Positions 10,821 through 23,050 of a DNA stretch of 64,000 bases are shown piece after piece (positions within the stretch are counted from its first letter, which is position 1; each line of letters opens with the position of its first letter). A program made the translations under genes and the position numbers. Under the pieces are notes generated by a model. The model was not told the DNA's origin. It was given only the letters and a program-made list of their open reading frames with translations, and did not search any database. Origin of the DNA: Squalus acanthias (Eukaryota); NCBI GenBank assembly GCA_030390025.1, contig CM059452.1:7688001-7752000 (forward strand), written 5' to 3'.

Positions 10821-11298
10821 TGGTGTACCAGTACTCAGCTTTACAGTAATAGGTGGCGCTGTCTTCAACTCGCACATCCCGAATTTCCAGCGAAAATGTC
10901 TTTTCTGCCGTATTCGTCCTCACAACAAATCGCTCTCCGCTCGAAATCCGCTCCCACTCTGACCCGGTCTCGGTTTGTCTGAAGAAATGTCCATTTAGAA
11001 AATCATAATCCCAATAACCACCAGAGAAAACACAGGTGATGGTGAGAGACTGACACTCCTCCCTGGTCACCGCTAGCGGGGTCTGTGTCACTGACTGACT
11101 GAAAGAGCCTGGAAATTAAACAGAGAGAGTTTAATGGACCATCAGAGCCGAACCACACAACGGGGCTAAAACCCAGACAATGTCCGCAATTCGGATGGAC
11201 CCGGGCAGCTTTATATTAAATCCACACAATGTCGGTTTGTTTGATCGGTACTCACGGGGTAAACAGACACACAGGGTGAAAACAAGGAGGATTCCCAT
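10821..11298 (-). CDS. NAR-TCR-like (IgNAR-type) V gene: leader 11256-11298, V exon 10821-11108
   Basis: Spliced product MGILLVFTLCVCLPRSFS-QSVTQTPLAVTREECQSLTITCVFSGGYWDYDFLNGHFFRQTETGSEWERISSGERFVVRTNTAEKTFSLEIRDVRVEDSATYYCKAEYWYT: VNAR-like short FR2/absent CDR2, YYCKA end, extra FR1 Cys. RSS CACAGTG (10814-10820), 22-bp spacer, ACAAAAACT (10783-10791). Confidence 0.92.
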
Positions 11299-11559
11299 CG
11301 TTCTGCTGCCTGGAGCTGATGGTTTATATGACGGGGAGCTGGAGACTGCAGCCCTGGACTGTTCTGGGAGACTGTACCTCAGACCTGGACTGAAATACTT
11401 CAGGAGACCGAGTTAATTAGCACAGGGCGGTGTCCCGGAGATCATTGATGGGCCGCACGGATCTCTGGCTGTGTGTTGTGTGAATAAGCGACAGGTTTAA
11501 ATAAGGAACCTGCAGTTTTCTGGCCCTTTATTGGGTCTCTGAGCCCGATGTGAAGGCCC

Positions 11560-11850
11560 CTCCCACATTAGTCTGATGTACAGGGGGGAGTTGTTCTGTC
11601 AGCAGAGGCTGCCGCTGTCCTTTGCCCCGCAGTAATGAGCTGGGAGGTCGGTTCAAGTGTTTTATTGGATGATGTTTGTTGAGAGTGGAATGTGGGCCCA
11701 GGACACCGGCAGAATCCCCCGCTCTTATTCCAATAGTGCCGGGGATTCTTTAACATCCTGCTGAACGGGCTGGCGGGACCTCGGTTAAACCTCTGCTCGA
11801 AGGACGGCGCCCCAGACCCTGCAGCACACCCTCAGTCCAGCAACTGAGTG
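11560..11850 (-). mobile_element. Degenerate Deu-domain SINE
   Basis: Reverse complement resembles the SINE core at 12950-13370. Confidence 0.55.
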
Positions 11851-12949
11851 TCAGGTTACAATATGAGGCAGTCCAAGGCCATTTTCAATATACAGGCAGA
11901 TACACAAAATATACACGAAGAATAAATCTCCCTGTAATTTAAACAAATGCTTCATGCACCGTCCCCTTCTGTGGTTGCATTTAAAATTATGTTTCAATTC
12001 ACCAATGATTGATTTCAAGGTCTCTAATATTCAGAGTTTCCAGGTGCAGTGACAGAGAATGAAGCGTTACTCGGAAGGCCAATCGACATTGGGAGAACTT
12101 TGTGCTTGGGGCTTGTTTTAAAGAGCACAATCACTATCTTGTGAAATCTGTTCATTGTGTATAAACTGTCTCTGACCCAGCAACATACTCTGATCAAATA
12201 AACCCTGTGTACAGGCCGCGATCAAAGGGTCCGGGACACTAACAGGGGAGATGTGCAAAGGGCCGCACAATATTGCAGGCAGGCACGGAAAGGGCATCAA
12301 AGGACAAAGGCGAGTTAAGGGCCACAGACGGCACAGTACGTCACACATTCATGGCCGACAGTGCGTCAGAGAAACATGGCCGACTGTACGTCACGCAAAG
12401 ATGGTCGTATTGGACAGAGCCTTGAACCGTGACCTCAGCACCGCCGAATAGGCTGCCGCAGGGTCCTAAACAGCACTTGGTTCAAAAATTGGCCATTGTT
12501 TCAGCTCTGCGCAAAACAACTGCCCATCTCACATTTAAAATACTTTTTGCCTGCCCACCGATTCACAGTTCAGCATGGAACTGATCCCAAAAGCTAACAC
12601 CTTTTAGGCACCTGCTGCTTAGAGCACTGAACTGTGTCATGGGACTTGCAATAATGTATGTGACACCGAAGATGGCCCACGCAGAGCAATGGTTACTTTG
12701 AAAACTGGAATTGCTGCTAATATTGAAGTTATTGATCTTTGTGTTTAGTCTCACAGTATATTGCATTAACCCCTTGTAGAGAACCATAATTAACATCAAA
12801 ACGATGATATTGTGGGAGCTGTGCTGAAACACTACAATGCCGCAGTTACGCTGTAAGCATCAGTTGAAGCAAATATCAACTGATAAAAATTCCTGCTTTT
12901 AGAATGGTAATGAGTGTGAAAAATGTCTTATCTTGTTATCTTGTGTGTT

Positions 12950-13370
12950 GTGTGGCTCAGTGCTGGCACTCGCGCCAGTGAGTCAGAAGGTTGTGGGATC
13001 AAGTCTAGGCTGACACTCCAGTGCAGTACTGAGGGAGTGCTGCACTGTCGGAGGTGCTGGCTGTTGGATGAGACGTTAAACCGAGGCCCAGTCTGCTCTC
13101 TCAAGTGGACGTAAAGGATCCCATGGCACTATTTCGAAGAAGAGCAGGGAAGTTATCCCCGGTGTCTTGGCAAATATTTATCCCTCAATCAACATCACTA
13201 AAACAGCTTATCTGGTCATTATCACCTTGCTGTTTGTGGGAGGTTGCTGTGCACAGCTGGTTGCCGCGCATCCGACATTAAAACAGTGACTGCACTTCCA
13301 AAGTACTTCATTGGCTGTAAAGTGCTGTGGCACGTCCTGCGGTCGTGAAAGGCGCAATATAAGCTTACTT
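12950..13370 (+). mobile_element. tRNA-derived Deu-domain SINE (SacSINE1/AmnSINE-like)
   Basis: tRNA-like head (gtggctcagtg...ggatcaagtc), core GGATCCCATGGCACTATTTCGAAGAAGAGCAGGG...TATCTGGTCATTATCAC; partial copy at 18620-18945. Confidence 0.8.
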
Positions 13371-14470
13371 TCTTTATGTCTGGTGAGTGTGACATTCTTA
13401 GGGACTGTAATGATTAATTTAGGCATCCATAATCTTCAGATTTGGATTTGCAATGAGAGAGAATCGAGAGAGTGACGCATCGGCGCTTTTCAGCTAATTA
13501 CTGCTCATCTGCTCTAACTTCCGGGAGCAGAGCGCCGGAGCGGGTTCAAAGCCCCCAGGGTGAGGTGTCGGGCGGGTCCTCGTTAACAAGAGCTCAACAC
13601 CAGCAGGGCGTGAAAAACTCCTTACAACTTTCACTCATATTAGAAAAGGATGTGGCGCAGAAAAACAAACAAACTACAGACGGTTTCGATTTGTCTTTCG
13701 CCCCTTTAACATCGATCTCCACCATCGGTACAGTTAATGCCTTCAGAAATCAAAACTCAGGGTGTCTTTCATTCACATTTTGGTATTCCTTTCCCCATCT
13801 TCCACACCCTTCCACTCACTGGTCCTGCCCACTGGTTAGTATCAAAATTCAATCCTTCGATATGATGGATGTCTTTTTGTGATGATTATTGTCCGACCTA
13901 CCGACCCAGCCCATTCTGGCAAGTGGATTTCAAATATTAATCTTCAATTCATTCCAACATTTGTACAACTATTGGAGAAACAGCATTTAACTCACTACCC
14001 GGGGTCTGAGCCACAACAGGAATATTGAGACCTGACGCCCTCTGGTGGATATTCTGAGAACTGTTCAGATGTCTGTGGACAGGGTGAGAAATCCTGTGTT
14101 TATTCACTGACCTGTCTGCAGTTCCTGTTTGTGGGAAGCTGGGTTGGAGCGGTTCTGAATAAATGTACAGAAAAGCAGCAAAGGTTAAACTAAAGACTGG
14201 AGGAAGGAAGTTCAGAGGATTCTGGGTGAAGAGTAAAGACAAGATATGAGAAGGGACAGGCAGGCACGGAAAGGGCATCGAAAGACAAAAGGGGAGGATT
14301 TTTGAAGTTATTTTATTTATTATAAATGGGAGTTGAAATCACCAGCTAATATAATTGCGGCAGTGGAGTTCACTTGTTGAATTTGAGTATTGTATTTTTT
14401 GCCCTTTTAAGAATCTCCCTGTGACTCTCACTGTGGAGGCTGACTTATTGCTTCTGTTTATCGGCGTGAG

Positions 14471-14485
14471 AGCGCCCCCTGGTGA
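14471..14485 (-). promoter_or_regulatory. CTCF-consensus motif 3' of a V RSS (representative; see findings)
   Basis: TCACCAGGGGGCGCT, ~24 bp beyond the nonamer; equivalents at 19125, 46096, 54505, 60723, and a related motif at 59537. Confidence 0.75.
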
Positions 14486-14548
14486 GCACTACCTGGAACT
14501 CTCAGTGTGGTTTTTGTACGGGATCCGCTATATCTCTGCAGCAGTGTG

Positions 14549-15027
14549 GGGCTCATGGCACAGAAATACACGGCGGTGTCGGAGATCAGGGCTTTGCCAA
14601 TCGTTAGCTCGGTAATCTTCGTGTTTCATTAAACGTAGAATTAAATCGATCAGTGAAGTAGGGTTCCTGTTTACTATCCCTGCAATAATATAAAGCACGT
14701 ACTGTGGAGGCTTCCCGGGGTACTGACTGTACCATCACACATCAGGGCTTTTGTTGCTTGTTTTCACGGTGCAGGTTAGTGTGACATTACTTTCCTCTTC
14801 AACCATCATTTCAGGACCGGCTGTTCCACTGTGTCTTGGTGGCTCCATTCTAACATAAAATTACAGTAATAGTCATCATCATCACCTCAATCAACATAAT
14901 CATCATCATTTGAACAATAATAACATCTTAGTCACAGCAGTCAGGGGGAGGATGGATTTTTACTGGGAAGGAAATACTTACTGAGAAGTGATATAACGAT
15001 GAGGAGCGGTTCGAGACGGTTCCGCAT
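14549..15027 (-). pseudogene. TCR alpha/delta V pseudogene (WSHQDTVEQP family); leader 14982-15027, V exon 14549-14849
   Basis: Leader MRNRLEPLLIVISLL; V has frameshifts and a TGA before WYSQ; ends DTAVYFCAMS; RSS CACACTG-24bp-ACAAAAACC (14509-14548). Confidence 0.88.
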
Positions 15028-15353
15028 GATGCTCCGAGTCTGTAACTCTGCAGTCCGGGAAATCCTCTGTCGGAGCAGAAATACAGATCCCCGCCCCCAC
15101 TGCACTGCTGATCCAACCAATGCCAAACAGGGAACAGCGGCAGCTGTGGGCGGGGCTACCGCGGGCGGTGTTGCCACACGTAGGATCCACCTGTGAGGAA
15201 CTGAATTCAATAATAATGTCTCCATCGTAAATTATATAACTCTACCTCCCTATAAGGGCTGCGTTACTTCCACATACATTACAAATTCGGGGCAAGCTGT
15301 CTCGTGACAGGAATTGTAGTATTATTATATTATTCGATGTTACCGAAAACTTC

Positions 15354-15910
15354 ATCTGTTGGCCATTGCTCGGCGGAACCTCCAGAACTCAGTCCTGCAG
15401 AAAACATTCCTGGTTACCCAGGAAACAGNNNNNNNNNNNNNNNNNNNNNNNNNNNNNNNNNNNNNNNNNNNNNNNNNNNNNNNNNNNNNNNNNNNNNNNN
15501 NNNNNNNNNNNNNNNNNNNNNNNNNNNNNNNNNNNNNNNNNNNNNNNNNNNNNNNNNNNNNNNNNNNNNNNNNNNNNNNNNNNNNNNNNNNNNNAGATAA
15601 AACTATATGATCTTACTACTATCTGTGTATACCTGGAAATAAAGAGACAGAAAAAGAAAGCATTAGAACAATGGCTGGACATAGATACACAGGTACAGAG
15701 ACAGAACGAGATATAGCTATGCAGAGAGATAACAATACAGACAGACAGATAGAAAGCTGCACAGATAGATGGATAGACCTTGAGATCGATGAATGGAAGA
15801 CAGTTGTGTCAATAGTGGAATGGACAGACAGACAGACAGATGTATAAATAAATAAACCAACCGAATAACAACGTTGGAAGGCCCCAAATAACGAAAACCC
15901 CAAACTCCAT
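15354..15910 (-). pseudogene. Truncated V (paralog of the 59.2 kb gene): leader 15862-15910 plus first ~40 nt of the V exon
   Basis: Leader MEFGVFVIWGLPTLLF; exon starts 15394 GLSSGGSAEQWPT then joins sequence matching the flank at ~59830, so the V body and RSS are deleted. Confidence 0.8.
15429..15594. other. Assembly gap (166 N)
   Basis: Run of N inside the leader-V intron. Confidence 1.
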
Positions 15911-17039
15911 CATGGCCGCAGTCTCCCCGCAATGGGACCCCACACTTCACCCGGTGCCTCCTCTCAGTTGCAGCTTTCGGACTGAAGGGGAGAATTTGAA
16001 ATGTTTCTGTCAGCACACGGAGACCCGTCATTTCCTGAATCAAACCAAGAGCCTGGTTTCAATGAGCTGCCGGTGATCATTGTCGCTGTCTGTGTTCATC
16101 AACCCTGCCCGCGGCCCCGGCACACAGGCTCCGTGAGCTGCACTGCTTTGTCCCGGACATCTGATCATCCGATCCCGGGAATGGGTGAGGATTCTGTCTG
16201 ACCGTTACCGGCCTCACCCACAATACCTGGACACATCCCGGAAATGCTCCTAACGACGAAGAAATCCCTTCGGTTGAAGTCTATTCTTCAAAAGAATTCC
16301 CATTTTAACCGTGTTTTAAACGCGATGCTGACGGTTAATGAGGAATCGATTTTAGTCTTTTCTTGTTGATGAAAAAAGTTCCATTTGTTCGAAATTGAAA
16401 ATCTGACACGATGTTGTCGCAACGTCACTACTTCAGAATTTCCCATTAACCACAGTTTACTCTCGAACATTTTTGTCTGTGCCTTTCTGTGCGTTTATCT
16501 GTCTGTCTCTGTCAATGTGTGTGTCTGTGTTTATCTGTGAGTGTTTGTCTGTGTGTGTTTATCTGTGTCAATGTGTGTGTCTGTGTTTATCTGTGAGTGT
16601 TTGTCTGTGTGTGTTTATCTGTCACCCTGTGTCAATGTGTGTGTCTGTGTTTATCAGCCTCCCTGTGTTGATCTGTGCATGTTTGTCTGTGTGCGTTTAT
16701 CAGTCTGAGTTTCAGTGTTTCAAATGCTCTATGTGAGGGTTGTTGGAACACAGGAGGGCGCTGTCTGATCACTTCTTAAAGATCTTCCGTCTCAAACAAC
16801 TCAGCTGAATATAAATAAAGATCCTCCACAACAGGTCAACCACTTGTGGTTATCTGGTTTACGTTACCTGTGTGCGTGTATATGTTTGGGCGTATGTGTG
16901 TGTGTGTGTGTGTGTGTGCGTGCGTCCCATGGCTGATACTTATTGACAAGGGCGGGTTGCCTTGAACTGGAGGTTTTCTCTCCGGCAGTTTTATTTCGCC
17001 GAGGATTTTAACAGCGACAGATGAGTTTAAAACTCTGTG

Positions 17040-17454
17040 CGGCTCAGCAGACAGAAATACACGGCGGTGTCCTGGATTTCCGCTCCAGTGACCGTTAAGG
17101 GATATTTGTTTCTGTATTGGCTTGGCCGGCATTGAACCTTCCCTTGGTAAAATCCGCCTTATTTTGGCACTCTTATCCCGATACAAAATAAAACACGGAG
17201 CCTGGTCCGTGTGCTGCTGGTACCAGTACAGATCGGGGTTACTGAGCCTTGTTGTGTAGCTACAGTCTATTTTCACACCATTTCCTTCAGTGACACTGAA
17301 ACTGCTTGAATCTCCCCTGAATAAAAGTTAACTGATGGTTGAATACAATACTGAGATAGAAAGCCTATTAGCATCACATTGGTGCAAACAGACACAAGGC
17401 CTGGCCTTACCTACCGAACACCAGGCACAATATAACGAGGTGACGGTACGACAT
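17040..17454 (-). pseudogene. TCR alpha/delta V pseudogene (paralog of 44.3 kb V); leader 17415-17454, V exon 17040-17316
   Basis: Leader MSYRHLVILCLVF; 25-nt FR1 deletion and a later frameshift relative to the 44.3 kb copy; degenerate RSS (CACAGAG, poor nonamer). Confidence 0.88.
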
Positions 17455-17639
17455 GGACTCTATTGTATCTCCACCAACAACCCCTTGGAATAACAGTTCT
17501 ATTTCCCGTTGCAATCTGTTATACTGAGTAAAGTAAGAAACTGTTCTAAAGGAAGGTATAACAGAAGGTGAGGAAGTGTCTCGTGCAATTCTATTCCTGG
17601 TAAAAGGGACCGAATGCATTATTTGGGTGATAGCATTTT

Positions 17640-17980
17640 AACTTCGCCCCTACCGCAGCTCACCTTCTGCTGAAACCATCATCCGTGTCCTTGTTACCTC
17701 TAGACTCGACTATTTCAACGCTCTCCTGGCCGGCTTCCTGCCTTGCACTCTCCGTAAACTTGAGCACATTCAAAGCTCTGATGCCTGTATCCTAACTCCC
17801 TCCAAGTCAAGTTCACCCATCACACCTGTGCTCGCTGACCTACATTAGCTCCCGGTCTGACAACGCCTCCATTTTAAAATCTCATCCTTGTTTTCAAATC
17901 ACTCCAAGGCCTCGCCCCTCCCTATCTCTGTAATCTCCTCCAGCCCCACAACACTCCGAGATATCTGCGCTGCTCCAGTG
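17640..17980 (+). mobile_element. L2-type LINE 3' fragment
   Basis: LDYFNALLAG..L.KLEHIQ remnants; orthologous copy at 44920-45250. Confidence 0.7.
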
Positions 17981-18027
17981 CCTCTGTTGGAAATGAAAGC
18001 AGATTAAATGCGTTTGATCATAATTAC

Positions 18028-18073
18028 CGGCCAGAAATGCTCGTCACACAACCCAGATGCTGAGTAGCCGCAT
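18028..18073 (-). pseudogene. Orphan V leader exon (MRLLSIW family) with stop codon; V exon absent
   Basis: ATGCGGCTACTCAGCATCTGGGTTGTGTGA...G|gtaatt; promoter matches 62190-62420; the intron runs into the L2 fragment. Confidence 0.8.
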
Positions 18074-19203
18074 TGTCGCTGTCCGCTCTGTAAAATGGCG
18101 GGGGGGGGTGGATATTTGAAGACACCCGTTCTAAACCCACCCTCAATAATCTACTGTCGTGTCTCAGGATGCTCTCACCTCACTTCCTGGAGTCCCCAGT
18201 GGTGCTGTGAGACCGGTAGGTGGTGAGCTGGCTGTCAGTGAGTGGAAACACCCCGAGCTGGGCTCCAGTCAGTGACCTGACAGGCGAATTGTTCCGTTTT
18301 TAGAGACCGGGTTGGGAATGAAACTCTTGTCTGGTTATTGTAACCGGAAACTCAGGATTGTAAATGGTGACAGAAAATATTCCGGCACGGAAGAGACAAT
18401 CTGAAGGACAATGGACATTGTGGGAACTCTGTGCTTGGGGCTTGTTTTAAAGAGCACAATCACTACCTTCTGAAAATCTGAAATCTGTTCATTGTGTATA
18501 AAGTTTCTGACCCAGCAACATACTCTGATCAAAGAGTGCAGGCCGCGATCAAAGGGTCCGGGAAACTGACAGGGGAGATGTGTAAAGGACTGCGCAATAT
18601 TACAGACAAGAACGGAAAAGTCTTTCGGATGAGAAGTGAAACTGAAGCCCAGTCTGCCTCCTCAGGTGGATGTAAAATAACCCATGGCACTATTCGAAGA
18701 AGAGCAGGGGACTTATTCCCCGGTGTCCTGGCCAATATTTATCCCTCAACCAGCATCACTAAAGCAGATTTCTTGGTCATTATCTCATTGTTGTTTGTGG
18801 GAGCTTGCTGTGTGCAAATTGACTGCCGCGTGCCCTACATTACAACAGTGACTACACTTCAAAAGTACTTCATTGACTGTAAAGCGCTTTGGGACGTCCG
18901 GTGGTCTTTAATGGTGCTATATAAATGCAAGTCTTTCATTCTTTTGTAAAGTATAAAAGGGGATTTAAGGCTCCACAGATATGATTGGTGAAGGTAATTT
19001 TTATTATAAATGCGAGCTGAAATCACAAACAAATATAATTCCGCAAGTGGACCTCACCTGTTCTTGTTAGGTGTTGTGTTTTGTTGCTTTCACTCTGGAG
19101 GCTCAATTAGTTAATCGGGGTGAGAGCGCCCTCTGGTGAGCACCAACTGGAACTCTCAGTGTGGGTTTTTGTACGGGATCTGCTATATCTCTGCAGCAGT
19201 GTG

Positions 19204-19641
19204 GGCTCCATGGCACAGAAATATACGGCGGTGTCGGAGACAAGAGCCGCGGCGATATTTAACGGAACAGTTTTGTTTTCTTTTTGCAAAACAGCAGAGA
19301 ACCTCTCTGTGAAATCTGGAGACTGATCTCCCGTCCCCGAGCTATATCTACTCAGGAAATAACGTGGAGCTTCCCCGGGATACTGGATGTACCAGAAGAG
19401 AGTTGGCGCTTTGTACGTTATCGAGTAACTACAGTTCAGTATTACGGTCTGTCCTTCCTGAACCGTTAATTCAGGCGGATCCTGGGACACTGAATCTTTC
19501 CCACTCGTTCCTGTAACAAAACACAGAATGTGTCAAAAGTCTGGGAGTGAATATAACCCTTGGAACACACACTGACCCTTTAAACATAGACTCACCGGGC
19601 AGCATCACCACTATTACCAGCAAGGAACATGGAGAGCACAT
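19204..19641 (-). CDS. TCR alpha/delta V segment, intact; leader 19596-19641, V exon 19204-19510
   Basis: MCSPCSLLVIVVMLPGTSG-KDSVSQDPPELTVQEGQTVILNCSYSITYKAPTLFWYIQYPGEAPRYFL...SDTAVYFCAMEP; RSS CACACTG-24bp-ACAAAAACC (19164-19203). Confidence 0.93.
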
Positions 19642-21014
19642 GGTGCCTGGTTTAGAGTTCGACAGAAAATCACCGAAGGTTTTAAATATGTTGATCCTTC
19701 TAGTCTGATATTAAAGAGTAAACACAGATCAGGGGCAGGCTTCACTTATTGGGAAACTGAGGGGCGTTTCGCAGTGACATGATTGGCTGTTCTCTCAGAA
19801 CAGACGACAGTTGGGCACCAATCAGTGTTAGTTTTGGTTGAATTAATTTCTCTGCCTGTTTCTCTTTCTGTCTCGCTGGCTTTCTCTGTCTCTCTGTCTC
19901 TCTCTTTGATTCTGGCGTTTGCCTGTCTGTCTCTCTCTGTCTGCCATTCTCTCTGTCTCTCTCTCTCTCTGTGTGTCGTGTTCCATGAAGGTGCAGCGTG
20001 TAGAAAACCAATTTGTCCCAATCTCTCGTTTCAACACAACAAAATGCTCAATTAATAGTTGCAGTTATAATAGATAATATATGATAACTACAGCTCAGAG
20101 ACATGTTTGAATTGGCAGCAGTTACTTTAAAAATCTCACACTTTATTAGACAGGCGGGAATCATGAGACGAAGCTATACCCACTGTATATGGCGCCGTAA
20201 AGCTATACCCACTGTATGTGGCGCGGTACCTCAGAGTTGGAATCTGTCTGGTTTCATACTGTTTTGAACGAGCTACATTCATCGGTTATGTCTTAGATAT
20301 TAAAAATAAACAAAGGGAATCACCGGGATTTACACTGAAGTTGTCATTAACGCCGTGTATATGTTTACATGCATTAAAGTGTCTAATAATAACAAGAAAA
20401 ATGTGACGTAATCATGCAAAAACAACCACCAGTAATTTGAGAAAGATTCAGCAGAGAGCCGATTCTTCCACCAGAGGGAGCTCACTCGTCGTGTTTGCCT
20501 GTTCACTGCAGCAGATTAAACGCAAGATTACATGGCACTTGCGGATGTGGAACGCCGTTGAACCCATTTTAATTTACCTTCGAGAAAACCCCACCCCCCA
20601 TAATTTCCTTTATTTGTTACTAAACTCATCCCTTGATGTTGGATTCTGACGCTTTGACTGGAGTCCATTCCAAGTGTCGATCGCTCTCTGTGTGAACAAC
20701 ATTCTCTTCATCTCAGTCCTAAAGTTACCATTTACTAGTTTGAACCTGTGCACACTTGTTCTACTGCCACTGTTTAATTTAAGTCATTTTCCGCATTAAC
20801 TCTTTTCCCTATCACGTGCTATCTTATATATTTATGTAATTTGTTTTTGTTCCCTGGAGTTCATAAACATTGCTTCTCTCATGGTCTCTCTCTGTTCCTC
20901 TTATTTACTCTACATCTGTTTCCCTCACTTTCTAAATCTTTTACTCTCACTGTTGTTCTCTGTTTCTCGCACTGCCTCTACGTCTGTTTCTCTCTCTCTC
21001 TCTTTCCTTCTACA

Positions 21015-23050
21015 GAAGAACATAAGAAGTAGGAGCAGGAGTAGGTCATTTGGCCACTCGAGCCTGCTCCGCCATTCGATAAGATCATGGCTGATCTGAT
21101 CTTGGCCTCAACTCCACTTCCCTGCCCGCTCCCCATAACCCTTGACTCCCTTATCGTTCAAGAATCTGTCTATCTCCACCTTAAATATATTCAATGACCC
21201 AGCCTCCACAGCTCTCTGGGGAAGAGAATTCCAAAGATTCACGACCCTCCGAGAGAAGAAATTCCTCCTCATTTCCGATTTAAAAGGGTGCCCCCTTATT
21301 CTGAAATTATGCCCCCTAGTTCTAGATTCCCCCACGAGGTGAAACATTCTCCCTGCATCTACCCTGTCAAGCCCCTTCAGAATCTTATATGTTTCAATAA
21401 GATCCCCTCTCATTCTTCTAAATTCCAATGAGTATAGGCCCAACCTGCTCAACCTTTCTTCATAATATAACCCCTTCATCTCCGGAATCAACCTCTTGAA
21501 CCTTCCCTGAACTGCCACCAATGCAAGTATATCCTTCCTTAACTAAGGAGACCAAAACTGTACGTAGTACTCCAGGTGTGGTCTTACCGCCGCCCTGTAC
21601 AGTTGTAACAGGACTTCCCTAATTGTATACCCCATTCCCTTTGCAATAAAGGCCAACACTCCATTTGCCTTCCTAATTACTTGCTGTACCTTCATGCTAA
21701 CTTTTTGTGATTCATGTACAAGGACCCCCAGATCCCTCTGTACCTCAGCATGTTGTAATATCTCCCCATTTAAATAATAATTTACTTTGTTTTCCCTGCC
21801 AAAGTGGATAACCTCGCATTTTCCCACATTAAACTCCATCTGTCAGATTTTTGCCCACTCACTTAGCCTACCTATATTCCTTTGGAGATTCGTTGCGTCC
21901 TCCACACAATTTGCTTTCCCACGTATCTTTGTAGCATCAGCAAATTTGTCAAATTACACTCCTTCCCTTCATCCAAGTCATTAATATAGATTGTAAATAG
22001 CTGAGGCCCCAGCACAGATCCCTGCGGCACCCCACTAGTTACAGTTTGCCAACCTGAAAATGACCCATTTATCCCTACTCTCTGTTTTCTGTTAGTTAGC
22101 CAGTCCTCTATCCATGCTAATATATTACCCCCAACCCCGTGAGCTCTTATCTTATGTAGTAACCTGTTATGTGGCACCTTATCGAATGCCTTCTGGAAAT
22201 CCAAATACACGACATCTACTGGTTCCCATTTATCCACCCTGCTCGTTACATCCTCAAAGAACACCAGCAAATTTGTCAAACATGATTTCCCTTTAATAAA
22301 ACCATGCTGACTCTGCTTGACTATATTATGATATTCTAAATGTCCTGCTATCACTTCCTTAATGATGGACTCCAGCATTTTTCCCATTGACAGATGTTAG
22401 GCTAACTGGTCGATAGTTACCTGCTTTCTTTCTCCCTCCTTTCTTAAATAGGGGCGTTACATTTGCGGTTTTCCAGCCCGCTGGGACCTCTCCAGAATCC
22501 AGGGAATTTTGATAGATTACAACCAGTGCATCCACTCTCTCGGCAGCCACTTCTTTTAAGACTCTAGGATTCACGCAACCGGTCCAGCGGACTTCTCCAC
22601 CTTTAGTCCCATTAGTTTGCCTATTACTTTCTCTCCAGTGATAGTGATTGTATTAAGTCCCCCCCACCTCATTAACTCCTTGATTATTCATTATTGGGAT
22701 GCTTTTAGTGTCTTCTACCGTGAAAACTGATACAAAATATTTGTTCAAGGTCTCCGCCATTTCCCTGTTTCCCATTATTAATTCCCCAGACTCATCCTCT
22801 AGGGGACCAACGTTTACTTTAGCTACTCTCTTCCTTTTTATATACCTGTAGAAGCTCTTACTGTATGTTTTTATATTTCTTGCGAGCTTACTCTCATAAG
22901 CAATCTTCTCTCTATCATTTTTTTAGTCGTCCTTTGCTGCTTTTTAAACATTTCCCCATCCTCTGGCCTTTCACTATTCTTCACAACATTGTATACTTCT
23001 GTTTTCAATTTGATACCATCCTTTACTTCCTTAGTTACCCACGGAAAGTT
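21015..23050 (-). mobile_element. CR1-clade LINE, 5'-truncated, frameshifted RT
   Basis: ORF pieces [47 protein letters not shown]; CR1-type 3' end. Confidence 0.95.

Noticed and set aside
9977-11298. Interpretation as a secreted-antibody IgNAR cluster
   Set aside because: Only one D, extra FR1 Cys typical of NAR-TCR V, no same-strand C exons seen, and the nearby TM exon is on the opposite strand.
14428-14434. Extra CACAGTG heptamer in the 3' flank (also ~46055, 60773)
   Set aside because: No nonamer at 12- or 23-bp spacing.
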